Shown piece after piece: positions 10,349 through 21,364 of a stretch of 64,000 nt of DNA. The stretch covers positions 128,001 to 192,000 of the forward strand of contig CBDHDG010000002.1 of NCBI GenBank assembly GCA_965261595.1. The letters are read 5' to 3'. A program made the translations under genes and the position numbers. This stretch comes from a bacterium (GTDB taxonomy: Bacteria > UBA8248 > JACPRG01 > G963555815). Every line of letters starts with the position of its first letter. Positions within the stretch are counted from its first letter, which is position 1. The notes under the pieces are model-generated. The model did not search any database. It was not told the DNA's origin and was given only the letters and a program-made list of their open reading frames with translations.

Positions 10349-11320
10349 CTACGCCCCATGCCGCGCAAGCGCGATGGCCGTTACCCCCAGGACAACAAGG
10401 ACGGCGCCGCCGACCACCCGGACGCTCAGCCGCTCCTGCTTCCGCAGGAATAGATAACTCAGGACCAATGTGAACAGGGGGGCGGCGTGAATGGCCGCCG
10501 TGACGAAAACGACCTGGCTGCCGTGCAGGGCGGTGAACATGGAAAAGTAAGCGTTCACGTAGAGCAGCGACGCGATGCAGAAACCCGGCAGGGCCTTTCT
10601 TTCCAGACGGTATCGAAAGGGATCGTTCCGGATAAAAAAGAGGCACGAGAGAAGAATGGCGGCGATGGTCGGCACCAGGGCGGCGGCGACGAGCGGCGAG
10701 GCGAACCCCTGCACGCTGAACCGGCCGACCACGTCCCGCGCCCCGAAGCAGATGGCCGCGAAGAGGGCGAAGGTCAGGTGAATCTTTTTCCAGTCCGTCC
10801 GGGGGAGCTTCTCGTACACCAGGAGGACCACGCCGCCCGTCGTCGACAGCGTCCCAAGCGCGATGGGAACCGACAACGGTTCTCCCAGAAAAAGGATCGC
10901 CAGAATCGTGGCCCAAACCGGCGAGGTGCCGGCGACGACCGTGGGTCTCGCAAGCCCCAGCCGTGAATACGCCATGTAGAGCGAAATCCGGGCCAGAAAG
11001 GGGGAGAACAGCGCGGCGGCCGAAGCGCCCAGGATGAGCCGCCCGGTGAATTCCGGCATGGGGTTCGAAAGGGCGATGAGCCAGAGGATCAGGCCGCTGG
11101 CCCCTGACGTGAACCAGGCGGCGGTCGTGGCGTTGGAGTAACGGAGGGATTGGCTGATGAGGGTCTGGCCGATAGAAAAAGATACGGCGGCCATCAGGCC
11201 CCAAAGGATCGGCAAGTTCGGATTTCCTTTCAGGGCGCCGGTCGCGCCGCGCCGTTCACACTGTGACAGAGGGAGGCTGTCGAGACAAGGTGGGTCTCCA
11301 CCGATGGAAATTTCAACCAT
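10349..11320 (-). CDS. DMT/EamA family transporter
   Basis: About 10 hydrophobic segments in two repeats; LAILFLGEPLS and LFLRKQERLS. Start uncertain. Confidence 0.85.
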   Translation of the reverse strand: MVEISIGGDPPCLDSLPLSQCERRGATGALKGNPNLPILWGLMAAVSFSIGQTLISQSLRYSNATTAAWFTSGASGLILWLIALSNPMPEFTGRLILGASAAALFSPFLARISLYMAYSRLGLARPTVVAGTSPVWATILAILFLGEPLSVPIALGTLSTTGGVVLLVYEKLPRTDWKKIHLTFALFAAICFGARDVVGRFSVQGFASPLVAAALVPTIAAILLSCLFFIRNDPFRYRLERKALPGFCIASLLYVNAYFSMFTALHGSQVVFVTAAIHAAPLFTLVLSYLFLRKQERLSVRVVGGAVLVVLGVTAIALARHGA

Positions 11321-11324
11321 CCCA

Positions 11325-12437
11325 TCACAGGGCGGCGGGTCCGCCGATTCTCTCCAGGATAGACCGTAGCCCCCAGGCGACGCCCGCGAGGGCGTCCCAC
11401 CCGGAGGAATGCCCGTGTCGGGCCAAATCCCGGACGGCGCTTTCCAGGACGCCCGGCCCGGCCGGCCCCGTCCCCGACAGGATGGCGGTGAGCAGGCGGT
11501 GAACGGATTCCGCGGAGGCGCCTTCCACGGCGCGGCGCAGCAGGGCCTCGCTGATCAGGGGGGTTCGGCCGGCGGCCAGGGTAAGGATCTCGACCGCGGC
11601 CCGATCCAGCTCGCTTGTCTCGAATCCCCCCCCCTCATAATTCGCGCATCGCAGAGCGGTCAGGCATCCGCCGAGAAAGTCGTCCCCCGAGGGCGTCAGG
11701 CCCGGACCCAGGCCGATCAGGCCCTTCGCCCCTTTCCGCACGAGGTCCATCTTCCCGCTTTCCATGCCCGAGGAAAGGGCGCGGGCGGAGGGAAGCGCCC
11801 GCGCCGCGAGCGGGGAGAGTGCGGACGCGGCGTCCACCGAACGGGCGGCCAGGGCGGGAAAGGCGAGGCTTCCAAGCCCCGGCGGGTCGGGATGGGATTC
11901 AATCGCCCGGGCCAGGGAGCGGATGCGAAGGCGGGTCGTCTCGGCGTCGGTCCTGGCGGGCGCGGGCATTTCCGGCGTCCAGATCTCCGCCCCGTCCAGA
12001 AGGACGCGAAGCCCCCCCCCCTCCCCCCCGCCGAGCGTCAGCGATCCGCCGGATTCCCTCGTGAGCGGATCCCCTTTTCGCAGGCCCAGTTGTCCAAAGT
12101 TTGTCCCCGGAGGCAAATCGACCAACAGGTTCAGGGGGCCCCGGCCGATCTCCGGAAGACCCAGGCACAGGAGGAGGTCGGGGCCGGACCCCGCGTAGCA
12201 GGACCGTTCGAAAACCGCCAGGACTTTCGGCGCCGGGACGCGGGAGGTCCCGCTCCCGGGGATCTCATCGCGGGTGCGGACCGGCGTATCCGATAGCCGG
12301 TCCAACACCCGGAGGGCCCAGGGCGTGATGGTCAGGGCGTGTATCCAGCGATTGGCGATGATTGGACAGGGCCTCCTCGTAACATCCCGTTTGTCCGGAA
12401 TCGAGCGCATTTTCATCGGCGCGACGGTTCCCGTCAA
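11325..12437 (-). CDS. DUF2877 (YlbF/AllH-like) protein
   Basis: GLGPGLTPSGDDFLGG and GHSSGWD motifs. Start uncertain. Confidence 0.8.
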   Translation of the reverse strand: MTGTVAPMKMRSIPDKRDVTRRPCPIIANRWIHALTITPWALRVLDRLSDTPVRTRDEIPGSGTSRVPAPKVLAVFERSCYAGSGPDLLLCLGLPEIGRGPLNLLVDLPPGTNFGQLGLRKGDPLTRESGGSLTLGGGEGGGLRVLLDGAEIWTPEMPAPARTDAETTRLRIRSLARAIESHPDPPGLGSLAFPALAARSVDAASALSPLAARALPSARALSSGMESGKMDLVRKGAKGLIGLGPGLTPSGDDFLGGCLTALRCANYEGGGFETSELDRAAVEILTLAAGRTPLISEALLRRAVEGASAESVHRLLTAILSGTGPAGPGVLESAVRDLARHGHSSGWDALAGVAWGLRSILERIGGPAAL

Positions 12438-12535
12438 CGCATGGATCCCTTGGCCACGCCGGGACTCATGAAATTCGGAAAGAGGAACGATAGGGGAAAA
12501 GATGTTAAACTCATGCAGAGTTTACCGCGCGGAGG

Positions 12536-14103
12536 GTGATTCCGCGTCGCCGCGAGAGAAAAGCTCCCCCCTGTCAGAGTAGCCACGTGTTGAAGCCAAG
12601 CCTGGGTCTCATCCTCCAGCCCGTTGTTCTCTTTTTCCTTGTTTCGATAATGCCGCCTCCGGTTTCAGCCGGGGGCCACACCGCCGTGCGCGTCGTGACG
12701 GTTTCCGATCGGCGGGCGGCTGAAACCATCCTGTCCCGATTGGCCAAGGACGCCCCTTTGGCCCTGGGGGCGAGAGGGATTGCCAAGGTGCGGACGTTGT
12801 TGGAAAAGCAGATCCGCGCGCTTCCGTCTGAAGTCAGGAACGATTTGGCCGATCTTCCCATGGGGGGACATACGCGGATTGTGGCCGACGGGGAGGCCTA
12901 CTCGATTTATCAACGGTCCACGTTTGATTTTTACCGCCAGGCCTGGGCGTTGCACAAAGCGGGCAAGAATGGCAAAGCGCTCCGCAAGGTGGAAAGAGAC
13001 TTGATTCTCAATCCGGACCACGCAAAGGGTCTGGCCCTGATCGGGAAGATCTATGAACAACGCCGTGAATACCGGCGGGCGTCGGAGGCCTATCAGCAGC
13101 TCATCGGGTTTCATCCCAATTCCAGTCTCGGCCATCGGATGATCGGACGGATTTTTGAATTGGAGAAAAGGTGGGACAAGGCCATCAACAGCTATGAATT
13201 CGGCCTTGAGCTGAACCCCCGGCAACACGATGTCCTGAATAATCTCGCATTGCTGTATGCCGTGCGGCAGGGTGATCCGAAAAAGGGTCTTTCGTTGATT
13301 GAAAGGGCGTTGGCGCTGCGGCCGAAGACGGCGGAGTATCTTGACACCCTCGCGCAAATCCGAAAGAAGCTCGGGTTGAAGGGAGACATTCGGACCGCGA
13401 AGTTGAAGGAAGCTTTAAACGGAAGCGCGAAGGCCGGGGCCGCGAAGGGATTGAAATCGGCGAGTTCGGCCGCCCCCCCCCCTCCCCCTCCCCCTCCCCT
13501 CTTCCCCCCGCGCGGAATGGGAAAAAGGAGGCCCCTTCGCCGAAGACCGGTTCGCTTCCGCCCCCTCCCCGGGTTTCGCCCGATGATTGGCCGCCGCCGA
13601 AGGCCCTGCCGGGGTTTCCGGCGTCCCCCCCTCTCATGGTCGGGCCAAAACGGCGAAAACCGAAGCCGCGGGCGGCGCCGCGGAAAAAACCGCTCATCAG
13701 CCGGCAGCTTTTCGTGATGAATCCCGCTTTGAAGAAGGAGGGCTGGGGGGAGCGCCCCCCGGCGGCCGGGGCGTCGCGGTTCGCCAAAGCCGGAAATGGT
13801 GCCTCGGCGAAAACGGCGTCCGCCTCGGAGCGCATTCAGATTTTGGACGGCAGCGGCAATATGTCCAATGCGCGCCGGGTGAAGACCCTTTTGACCTCGA
13901 AGGGGTTTCGGATTGCGCGGATCGGCAAGAGTGATAAAGGGCTATGGAGACGGACGGTCCTTTATTACAAGAAGGATTCCGCGCGGCGCGCCGAGCAGGT
14001 GGCCGGCGCAATCCCGGGCCGCCGTCTACTCCCGCGCCCCCTGAAATGGCGCTCCGTCTACGACATCATTCTGGTGGTGGGGAAAGACCGGGCCGCGCCT
14101 TGA
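12536..14103 (+). CDS. TPR-repeat protein with Pro-rich linker and LytR C-terminal domain, frameshifted in the C-rich tract near 13472-13509
   Basis: TPR motifs (LNNLALLYA, YLDTLA). The second frame gives a Pro linker then IQILDGSG...TVLYY...DIILVVGKD. Confidence 0.7.
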
Positions 14104-14208
14104 CCCATGAACCGTCCCACGCGCGAATGCCTGCGCGGCATACTTGAAACTTACGGATTTTGAATTAGATAGAGTGTTTGGTTTGGTCCTGAAAGGAAGG
14201 GGATCGGG

Positions 14209-15267
14209 GTGGGGAAGCGCGTCAAAGACTGGAAAGATCGGGTTGCCGTGGTGGACGCGTCCCTCTTGAAGCTGCTGGAGAAGCGCGCGGCCATCCTGCG
14301 GACCGTTTCGGCTGAAGAGTTGCCTCGGGATCTCAATCAGCTTGGACAGCGCGCCCTCAAGAATCATCGCGGAGTATTGCCCGAGCGGGTCGCCCGGAGA
14401 GTCTTCGAGGAGATCGATCAAGGCGCCGCCTCCATCGTCGCGGAGCGCTCGGTCGCTTTCCTCGGGCCGGAAGGCACGTTTGCGCATCAGGCCACCCTGG
14501 CCCGGTTCGACGACTCCTGGGAATTGGCGCCCTGTGACGGGCTCGAAGAAATCTTTCACCGGGTGGAGACCGGCGGGGCGTTGAATGGGGTTGTGCCGGC
14601 GGAGAACACGATCGAAGGGATCGTCAGCCACACGCTGGATCTTCTCCTCGAAGCCGCCCTGGAGATTGTCGGGGAGGTCGTGATCCCCATCGATCATTAC
14701 CTGTTGTCGCGCGGGGAATCCTTGACGCAGGTGAAAGAAGTCTTCTCGCATCCCCAGGCCTTCGGCCAGTGCCGGCCTTGGCTGAGGGCCCATCTTCCAA
14801 AGGCGAAGCTGCGGGAATCCTCCAGTACGGCCGATGGGGCCGCCCGGGCCCGGCGATCCAAGCAGGCGGCCGCGATCGCGTCCACCTGGGCGGCGAGGCG
14901 GTACGGCCTGTCGATCCTGGCGTCCAAGATTGACGGAAGCTCGGGGGCCGGACAGAACATCACGCGCTTTCTTGTCCTGGGCCGCGAGCCGGCCGCCCGC
15001 ACGGGCCGGGACAAAACATCCATCGCTTTTTCCGTGCGGCACGAAGTCGGCGCCCTTTTGCGGATGCTCGAACCGTTTTCAAAGCACCGGATCAACCTGA
15101 TGAAGATCGAATCGCGCCCCGGCCGGGAAAAGCCATGGGAGTACACTTTCTACGTTGACCTGGAGGGGCATGTCGACGATCCGCCCGTCAAACGGGCGCT
15201 TCGGGAATTCAAGAAGTCTTCCCGCTTTTTCAAACACCTGGGCTCTTATCGGAGGGCCGAATTGTGA
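14209..15267 (+). CDS. pheA: Prephenate dehydratase (P-protein) with divergent chorismate mutase domain
   Basis: FLGPEGTF, PAENTIEG, SHPQAFGQC, NITRF and ACT-domain IESRP. Confidence 0.93.
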   Translation: MGKRVKDWKDRVAVVDASLLKLLEKRAAILRTVSAEELPRDLNQLGQRALKNHRGVLPERVARRVFEEIDQGAASIVAERSVAFLGPEGTFAHQATLARFDDSWELAPCDGLEEIFHRVETGGALNGVVPAENTIEGIVSHTLDLLLEAALEIVGEVVIPIDHYLLSRGESLTQVKEVFSHPQAFGQCRPWLRAHLPKAKLRESSSTADGAARARRSKQAAAIASTWAARRYGLSILASKIDGSSGAGQNITRFLVLGREPAARTGRDKTSIAFSVRHEVGALLRMLEPFSKHRINLMKIESRPGREKPWEYTFYVDLEGHVDDPPVKRALREFKKSSRFFKHLGSYRRAEL

Positions 15268-16355
15268 GCGCTCCGATTGCCGCGGCCAAGACCCGGGACA
15301 TCATTTTCTACGACGCCGGAAAGCCCATCGGCGAAGTCGAGCGGGAGCTCGGGATCTCCGGGTCCGTCAAACTGGCGTCCAACGAGAACCCTTTGGGGCC
15401 GTCTCCAGAGGCGTTGAAGGCCGTCAGGGGCGAGCTGGAGGGACTGAACCGATACCCGGACGGCGGCGGTTATCACCTCAAGCGGGCCCTGGCGGACCGG
15501 TTCGGGCTTTCACCCGAGAATTTCACGCTGGGCAACGGCACGAACGAAGTGTTGGAAAACATCGGCAAGGCGTTTCTGGACCCTGGGGACCAGGCCGTCA
15601 TGGGGGACGCCGCTTTTATCGTGTTCCACATCGTCCCCCAGCTCTGCGAGGCGGAGCGTATTGTCGTTCCCCTGAAGGACTTCGCCAACGATCTCGAGGA
15701 AATGGCCGAGCGGATCACCCCTCGCACCAAAATGGTTTTTCTGGCCAACCCCAACAATCCTACGGGAACGGCCGTGGACGAGAAGCGGCTGGGCGCGTTC
15801 CTGGCGAGCGTCCCCGACCGCGTCACCGTCGTTTTGGATGAAGCCTATGCGCACTATCCGACGATGTCCGGCTACCCCGACGGGTTCCGGTTCATTGCGG
15901 ATTTCCCCAACCTCTTTGTCCTGAGGACTTTTTCCAAGGCTTATGGACTGGCGGGGATCCGCGTGGGGTTCGGCGCGGGTCACCCGGATTCCATCAAGGC
16001 GGTGGAAAAGCTGAGGGAGCCCTTCAATGTCAACAGCCTGGCGCTCGTGGCCGCCCTGGCGGCCTTGAAGGACGTCAATCACATTGAAGAATCAGTCCGG
16101 CTCAACGCCGCCGGCCTCGAGTTCCTCTACGGCCGTCTGGACGAAATGGGAATCCCCTATGTGCCCAGTCAAGCCAATTTCCTCCTCGTCGAAGTGGGCG
16201 ACGGGGTCGAGGTGTTTGAAAAACTCCTGAGAGAAGGCGTCATCGTCCGGCCGGTCAAGGGGTACGGCCTGCCCGCTCACGTTCGCGTCACCGTCGGTCT
16301 GCCCGATGAGAACGAGCGGTTCATCGAGGCCCTGGCCCGCGTTTTGGACCGCTGA
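15264..16355 (+). CDS. hisC: Histidinol-phosphate aminotransferase
   Basis: KLASNENP, NPNNPTG, DEAY and RTFSKAYGLAG.R.G. Confidence 0.95.
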   Translation: MSAPIAAAKTRDIIFYDAGKPIGEVERELGISGSVKLASNENPLGPSPEALKAVRGELEGLNRYPDGGGYHLKRALADRFGLSPENFTLGNGTNEVLENIGKAFLDPGDQAVMGDAAFIVFHIVPQLCEAERIVVPLKDFANDLEEMAERITPRTKMVFLANPNNPTGTAVDEKRLGAFLASVPDRVTVVLDEAYAHYPTMSGYPDGFRFIADFPNLFVLRTFSKAYGLAGIRVGFGAGHPDSIKAVEKLREPFNVNSLALVAALAALKDVNHIEESVRLNAAGLEFLYGRLDEMGIPYVPSQANFLLVEVGDGVEVFEKLLREGVIVRPVKGYGLPAHVRVTVGLPDENERFIEALARVLDR

Positions 16356-16390
16356 CGCGCTCCCACCCTCTTTCTCCCGATTGCGGGAAA

Positions 16391-17359
16391 ATGCCTGATC
16401 CGTCGCATCCCGAAACACCGCGCCGTTTTGACAGGCTCGCCCTTCTGGGCGTGGGCCTCATGGGTGGATGTTTTGCCCGGGATCTTCGGGCGATCGATGG
16501 GGTGGACGAGATTGTCGGGTGCAGCCGAACGACTGAATCCCTGTCCAAGGCCCGGGACCTGGGGGTGATCGACCGGGGAGAGCCCGACCCGGAAAAAGCC
16601 GTTGAGGGCGCGGACCTGGTCGTGATTTCCTTCCCCATGGGCGTGGCCGCGGAGCTCACCTTGCGGATCCTTCCCCGATGCCCGGAAGGGGCGCTGGTGA
16701 CCGACATGGGAAGCGTCAAGGGGGCTTATGTGCGCGCGGTCGAGGGGCGCGTCCCCGAAGGCGTCGGGTTTATCGGCGGCCACCCCATCGCGGGCACGGA
16801 GAATTCAGGTGTGGCCGCTTCGTTCGAGGGCCTGTTCCGAAACGCGCGGTGCGTCCTGACGCCGACCCCGAATACAGCGGCGTGGGCGGTCGAGGCCTCC
16901 AAGGCCCTGTGGAAAGCGTTGGGCGCCGACGTCATTTTGATGGACCCCGACCGGCACGACGAAGTCCTCGGCGCGGTCAGCCACCTTCCCCACGTTCTGG
17001 CGTATTCGGCCATGAACGCCCTGCCCGAAGATGTTTTGCGGGGATTTGCGGGCGGGGGATTCCGCGACTTCTCGCGGATTGCTTCAAGCGATCCGGGGAT
17101 GTGGAGAGATATCTGCCTGTCGAACCGTCAGGCGATTCTTGAGTGGATTTCGCGGTATGAAGAGACGCTGCGTGAAATGAAAGACCTGATCGACCGGCGC
17201 GACGGCGAAGGTCTCAGGGAGGCGTTCAGCCGGGCCAAGGCGCGAAGGGACGCCCTCATCGTGTTGGAAAAGAGCGCAACGCGGTCTCCCTCCGGCGCCT
17301 CGCGGCCAGACGAGGACGACGAGGCCCGATCAACAGAGGGGGGCCGGTCCGGTGGGTGA
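16391..17359 (+). CDS. tyrA: Prephenate/arogenate dehydrogenase
   Basis: GVGLMGG, TDMGSVK, GGHPIAG, HD..LG.VSHLPH and GFRDFSRIA. Confidence 0.93.
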   Translation: MPDPSHPETPRRFDRLALLGVGLMGGCFARDLRAIDGVDEIVGCSRTTESLSKARDLGVIDRGEPDPEKAVEGADLVVISFPMGVAAELTLRILPRCPEGALVTDMGSVKGAYVRAVEGRVPEGVGFIGGHPIAGTENSGVAASFEGLFRNARCVLTPTPNTAAWAVEASKALWKALGADVILMDPDRHDEVLGAVSHLPHVLAYSAMNALPEDVLRGFAGGGFRDFSRIASSDPGMWRDICLSNRQAILEWISRYEETLREMKDLIDRRDGEGLREAFSRAKARRDALIVLEKSATRSPSGASRPDEDDEARSTEGGRSGG

Positions 17360-18050
17360 GGAAGCCCCGGTCGTTGCGGTGGACGGCCCGGCCGGCGCCG
17401 GAAAGAGCATCGCCAGCCGCCGCTTGTCCCTTCGCCTGGGGTATCGATACTACGATTCGGGTGCCCTCTACCGGGCGCTTGCCTGGTCCGCCGGGAAATC
17501 GGGCGTGGGCCGGGAAGGCCCGGATGAAGCCTTGACGGCTCTGTGCCGGGATCTGGTTCTGGAATTCAGGAAGACCGGCGAATCCGGGGACGATTGGCGG
17601 GTTTTGGTCAACGGCTGTGAGTTGACGCGGGAGTTGAAGGGCGAGGAGATTGGCGAGGAGGCATCCATCATCTCGGCCCGGCCGGCGGTGCGGGATGCGC
17701 TGTTGGACCTTCAGCGTCGTCAGGCGACGCCGCCCGGCCTTGTGATGGAAGGCCGGGACGTGGGAACAGTCGTCTTCCCCGGGGCGGCGGTGAAATTTTT
17801 TATCACCGCCGATGCCGATGAGCGGGCGAAACGCCGCTGCCTCGAAATGCGGCGGCTCGGGCGGGAGGCGGACCTGGAATTGATTCAGCGGGAGATGCGG
17901 ACGCGCGATGAGCGGGATCGAAACCGTGAGACGGCGCCGCTGGTTCAAGCCAAGGACGCCGCGCGCATCGACACGACACAAATGAAAATTGACGAAGTTG
18001 TTGAAAGTATGGTAGATATAACACTTCAGCGCTTATCCGCCCGGATGTAA
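17352..18050 (+). CDS. cmk: Cytidylate kinase
   Basis: AVDGPAGAGKS, DSGALYR and MEGRDVGTVVFP. Confidence 0.95.
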   Translation: MGEEAPVVAVDGPAGAGKSIASRRLSLRLGYRYYDSGALYRALAWSAGKSGVGREGPDEALTALCRDLVLEFRKTGESGDDWRVLVNGCELTRELKGEEIGEEASIISARPAVRDALLDLQRRQATPPGLVMEGRDVGTVVFPGAAVKFFITADADERAKRRCLEMRRLGREADLELIQREMRTRDERDRNRETAPLVQAKDAARIDTTQMKIDEVVESMVDITLQRLSARM

Positions 18051-18167
18051 GAGCCGTCAATACGGGACGGCCCCGTGGAGGGGCCGGTCTCCGCTGGCGC
18101 GGGAACCCTCCATCCGTGTCAGCGATTTGCGTTCGGGTCCATCCACCCCCGGGGGAAGAGAACGAGC

Positions 18168-20342
18168 ATGTCAGAAGACTTGGAAAAATCACCAACTGAT
18201 GCGGCGGATGTGGAAGAGACGGCGACGGACCCTTCTCCTTCTGAATCCACACTGGTTGCCGAAGCGAACGATGAAAAGGTCTCTCCGGCCGTTGAATCCG
18301 GAGAATCCGGCGATTCCGTAGCCGAGACTGAACCGGCCGATAAAGCGCCGGAAGACGGCCCGGCCGCCGCGTCCGAGGATTCCGCGCCGCGGGTTCAGAT
18401 GCCGGAAATCCCCGATGACCTGGACTCCCTCGATGAGGAGACCCTCGCGAAGATCTATGAGGCGTCTTTGGAGACGATCAAAGAGGGGCAGGTCATTAAG
18501 GGGACAGTGCTTGCGCTGGATCGGGACCATGTGCTGGTGGACGTAGGTTACAAATCCGAGGGGTCGATTTCCCTGAGTGAGTTCCCCAATCATGGCCGGG
18601 ACATGAAGGTCGGGGACGAGGTGGACGTCTTCCTCGAGACGAAAGAGGACAACGAAGGCCAGATCGTCCTTTCCAAGGAAAAGGCCAACCGCATTAAGGT
18701 CTGGGACAAGATCAGCGAGGCCTACGACCAGAACGAGATGGTGACCGGAACGGTCATCGCCCGGATCAAGGGCGGGCTGACCGTGGATGTGGGCGTGCGG
18801 GCCTTTCTTCCGGGCTCTCAGGTGGACCTTCGTCCCGCTCGGAACCTGGATCAGTATCTCGGCCAATCGCTCGAGATGCGAATCATCAAGTTGAACCGGA
18901 ACCGGGGGAACATCGTCCTCTCTCGCCGCGTGCTGCTGGAAGAAGAGCGGGCGACGCTGAAGACGAAAACCCTGGAGACCCTGGAAGAGGGACAGATGGT
19001 CGAGGGTGTGGTCAAGAACATCACCGACTACGGGGCCTTCATCGATCTCGGCGGATTGGACGGTCTGCTTCACATCACCGACATGTCCTGGGGCCGGGTG
19101 GGGCATCCTTCCGAGATGTTCAAGATCGGCGACACGGTGAAGGTGATGATCTTGAAATTCGACCGGGAGCGGGAGCGGGTGAGCCTCGGCCACAAGCAGA
19201 TTACGCACGACCCCTGGGAGGATGTCGACACCAAATTTCCCGCCGGAACCCGCATCGATGGACGGGTGGTCAGTATCGCCGATTACGGTGCCTTCATCGA
19301 GTTGGAAGAGGGGGTGGAAGGTCTCGTCCACGTGTCGGAGATGACCTGGTCGAGGCGGATGCGTCATCCCTCGAAGATCGTGACGGTGGGCAATACCGTG
19401 GAGGCCGTTGTCCTCAACGTGGACAAGGACAACAAGCGAATCTCCCTGGGCATGAAGCAGACGGGCGAGAACCCCTGGCTGAAGATTCAAGACCGGTATC
19501 CGGTCGGGGCCACGGTCCAAGGGCGGGTCCGCAACATGACCGATTTCGGGGCGTTCCTGGCCCTGGAGGAGGGCATTGACGGCCTGATTCACATCTCCGA
19601 CATGTCCTGGACCCAGCGGATCAGGCACTCTTCGGAAATCCTGAAGAAGGGCCAGGAGGTGGAAGCGGTTGTCCTGAATATCGACATCGAGAACGAAAGG
19701 CTCTCTCTCGGTCTGAAGCAGGCGGGCGAGAACCCCTGGGACAACATCGATGATCACCACCAGGTCGGCAACAACGTTCCCGCGAGCATCGTCAAGGCGG
19801 TCAATTTCGGCGCTTTCGCCGCCCTCGAGGACGGGCTGGAAGGTTTGATTCACATCTCCGAGCTGGCCGAAGGGAAGGTCGAGCGTTCTGAAGACATCGT
19901 GGCCGTGGGCGAAGAGTACATGGTCAAGATCATCAAAATCGACAAGGAGGAGCGCAAGCTCGGCCTCAGCCTCAAGGCGTATATGGACGATCACGGCGAG
20001 CCGGAGGAATGGAAGGAGCGAAGGGCGCGGCGTCTGGAAGCGGAAGCCAGCGGTGTCGTCCAGGAGGACGCCGCCGTCTCGGATTCAGCCAAACCGGAAG
20101 AAGCCGATGACACCGCCGCCGCCGTCCCGGGTAAAGCCAAACCGGAAGAAGCCGGGGACATCAGAGGCGGTGACCCCAAGACGGTGATGGAGGCGGCGAT
20201 GGAGGCGGCGATGGAGGCCGAAGCGGCGCCCGAAGTGAAGGCCGAATCCGACGAAGGCGTCGAGGTGGCGGAAGACGCCGGGGAGGCGGAGGCGCCCGCG
20301 GGCGAACCGCCCGAAGCATCCGAAGAGGAGCCGGTCTCCTAG
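18168..20342 (+). CDS. rpsA: 30S ribosomal protein S1 with acidic terminal extensions
   Basis: DVGYKSEG, AFLPGSQVD and repeated YGAF..L..G..GL.H.S S1 domains; follows cmk. Confidence 0.96.
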   Translation: MSEDLEKSPTDAADVEETATDPSPSESTLVAEANDEKVSPAVESGESGDSVAETEPADKAPEDGPAAASEDSAPRVQMPEIPDDLDSLDEETLAKIYEASLETIKEGQVIKGTVLALDRDHVLVDVGYKSEGSISLSEFPNHGRDMKVGDEVDVFLETKEDNEGQIVLSKEKANRIKVWDKISEAYDQNEMVTGTVIARIKGGLTVDVGVRAFLPGSQVDLRPARNLDQYLGQSLEMRIIKLNRNRGNIVLSRRVLLEEERATLKTKTLETLEEGQMVEGVVKNITDYGAFIDLGGLDGLLHITDMSWGRVGHPSEMFKIGDTVKVMILKFDRERERVSLGHKQITHDPWEDVDTKFPAGTRIDGRVVSIADYGAFIELEEGVEGLVHVSEMTWSRRMRHPSKIVTVGNTVEAVVLNVDKDNKRISLGMKQTGENPWLKIQDRYPVGATVQGRVRNMTDFGAFLALEEGIDGLIHISDMSWTQRIRHSSEILKKGQEVEAVVLNIDIENERLSLGLKQAGENPWDNIDDHHQVGNNVPASIVKAVNFGAFAALEDGLEGLIHISELAEGKVERSEDIVAVGEEYMVKIIKIDKEERKLGLSLKAYMDDHGEPEEWKERRARRLEAEASGVVQEDAAVSDSAKPEEADDTAAAVPGKAKPEEAGDIRGGDPKTVMEAAMEAAMEAEAAPEVKAESDEGVEVAEDAGEAEAPAGEPPEASEEEPVS

Positions 20343-20373
20343 GCGGTCCTTTTCCTCCCGGAGGATGTGATCG

Positions 20374-21267
20374 ATGGAAGCTCCAGCCCGTTGGAAGAAG
20401 CGCCGGGGCCGGACGGTCATCTGGACCGGAGTCCTCCTTCTCCTGGCGGCGGGCCTGACGATGTTTCTCGCCGGTGAATTCACCGGGGTCCGCTCAGCGA
20501 AGAAGGTGGCCCTGATTCGGATCGAAGGACCGATCCTGACGGGCGGCCGGGTTGTCCGCCTGATCGAGCAATACGGGGAGGATCCCGCCATCCTGGCCCT
20601 GGTTGTCCAGGTGAACAGCCCCGGAGGGGGGGTGGCCGCCTCCCAGGAGATCTACCACGCGCTCCTTCGGTTCCGGAAGCGGGGAAAAGTAGTCTTGACC
20701 TCGATGGAAGGGGTCGGCGCCTCGGGCGGATACTACGTCGCCCTGGCATCGGAGAAGATCTACGCAAACGCTGGAACCATCACGGGAAGCATCGGCGTGA
20801 TCCTTCAGGTGGGGAATATCGAGGGCCTTCTGAAGAAGGTGGGGCTGAAGATCGAGGTGATGAAGAGCGGAGTGCTTAAGGACGTCGGCTCGCCCTTGCG
20901 TCCGATGTCCGCCGGGGACCGGGCGATCCTCCAGCAGGTCATTGACGATGCGTACAAGCAGTTCGTCCGGGCGGTTTCCGTGGGAAGGAAGATGCCGGTG
21001 GAGGCGGTGAGAAAGATCGCCGACGGAAGGATCTTCACGGGCGAGCGCGCCAAGGGGCTGGGCTTGATCGATGAGATCGGGACGCTGGAAGATGCAATCC
21101 GCGAAGCCGGCCGGATGGCCGGCATCAAAGGGCGTCCCCGGGTGCACGAAGAGCGTCGTCGCCTTCGGGGATGGATCGAGCGCTTGTTGCGAAGCATCCG
21201 GCCGGCGGGATGGGTTTCGGACGCCCTGCCCGTCGCGCGGGGGCTTCAGTATATCTGGACGTATTAG
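20374..21267 (+). CDS. sppA: Signal peptide peptidase SppA
   Basis: NSPGG, ASGGYY, TGSIGV and ADGRIFTG. Confidence 0.94.
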   Translation: MEAPARWKKRRGRTVIWTGVLLLLAAGLTMFLAGEFTGVRSAKKVALIRIEGPILTGGRVVRLIEQYGEDPAILALVVQVNSPGGGVAASQEIYHALLRFRKRGKVVLTSMEGVGASGGYYVALASEKIYANAGTITGSIGVILQVGNIEGLLKKVGLKIEVMKSGVLKDVGSPLRPMSAGDRAILQQVIDDAYKQFVRAVSVGRKMPVEAVRKIADGRIFTGERAKGLGLIDEIGTLEDAIREAGRMAGIKGRPRVHEERRRLRGWIERLLRSIRPAGWVSDALPVARGLQYIWTY

Positions 21268-21364
21268 TCGGGTGGAGGCCCGGACTCGGGTGGGAGTGGG
21301 GAGTCCCGAGATTGCGGCCGCCGCGGGGGAGCGAGGCATGGCGGGAGTCGGGAGGTAAATCGGT

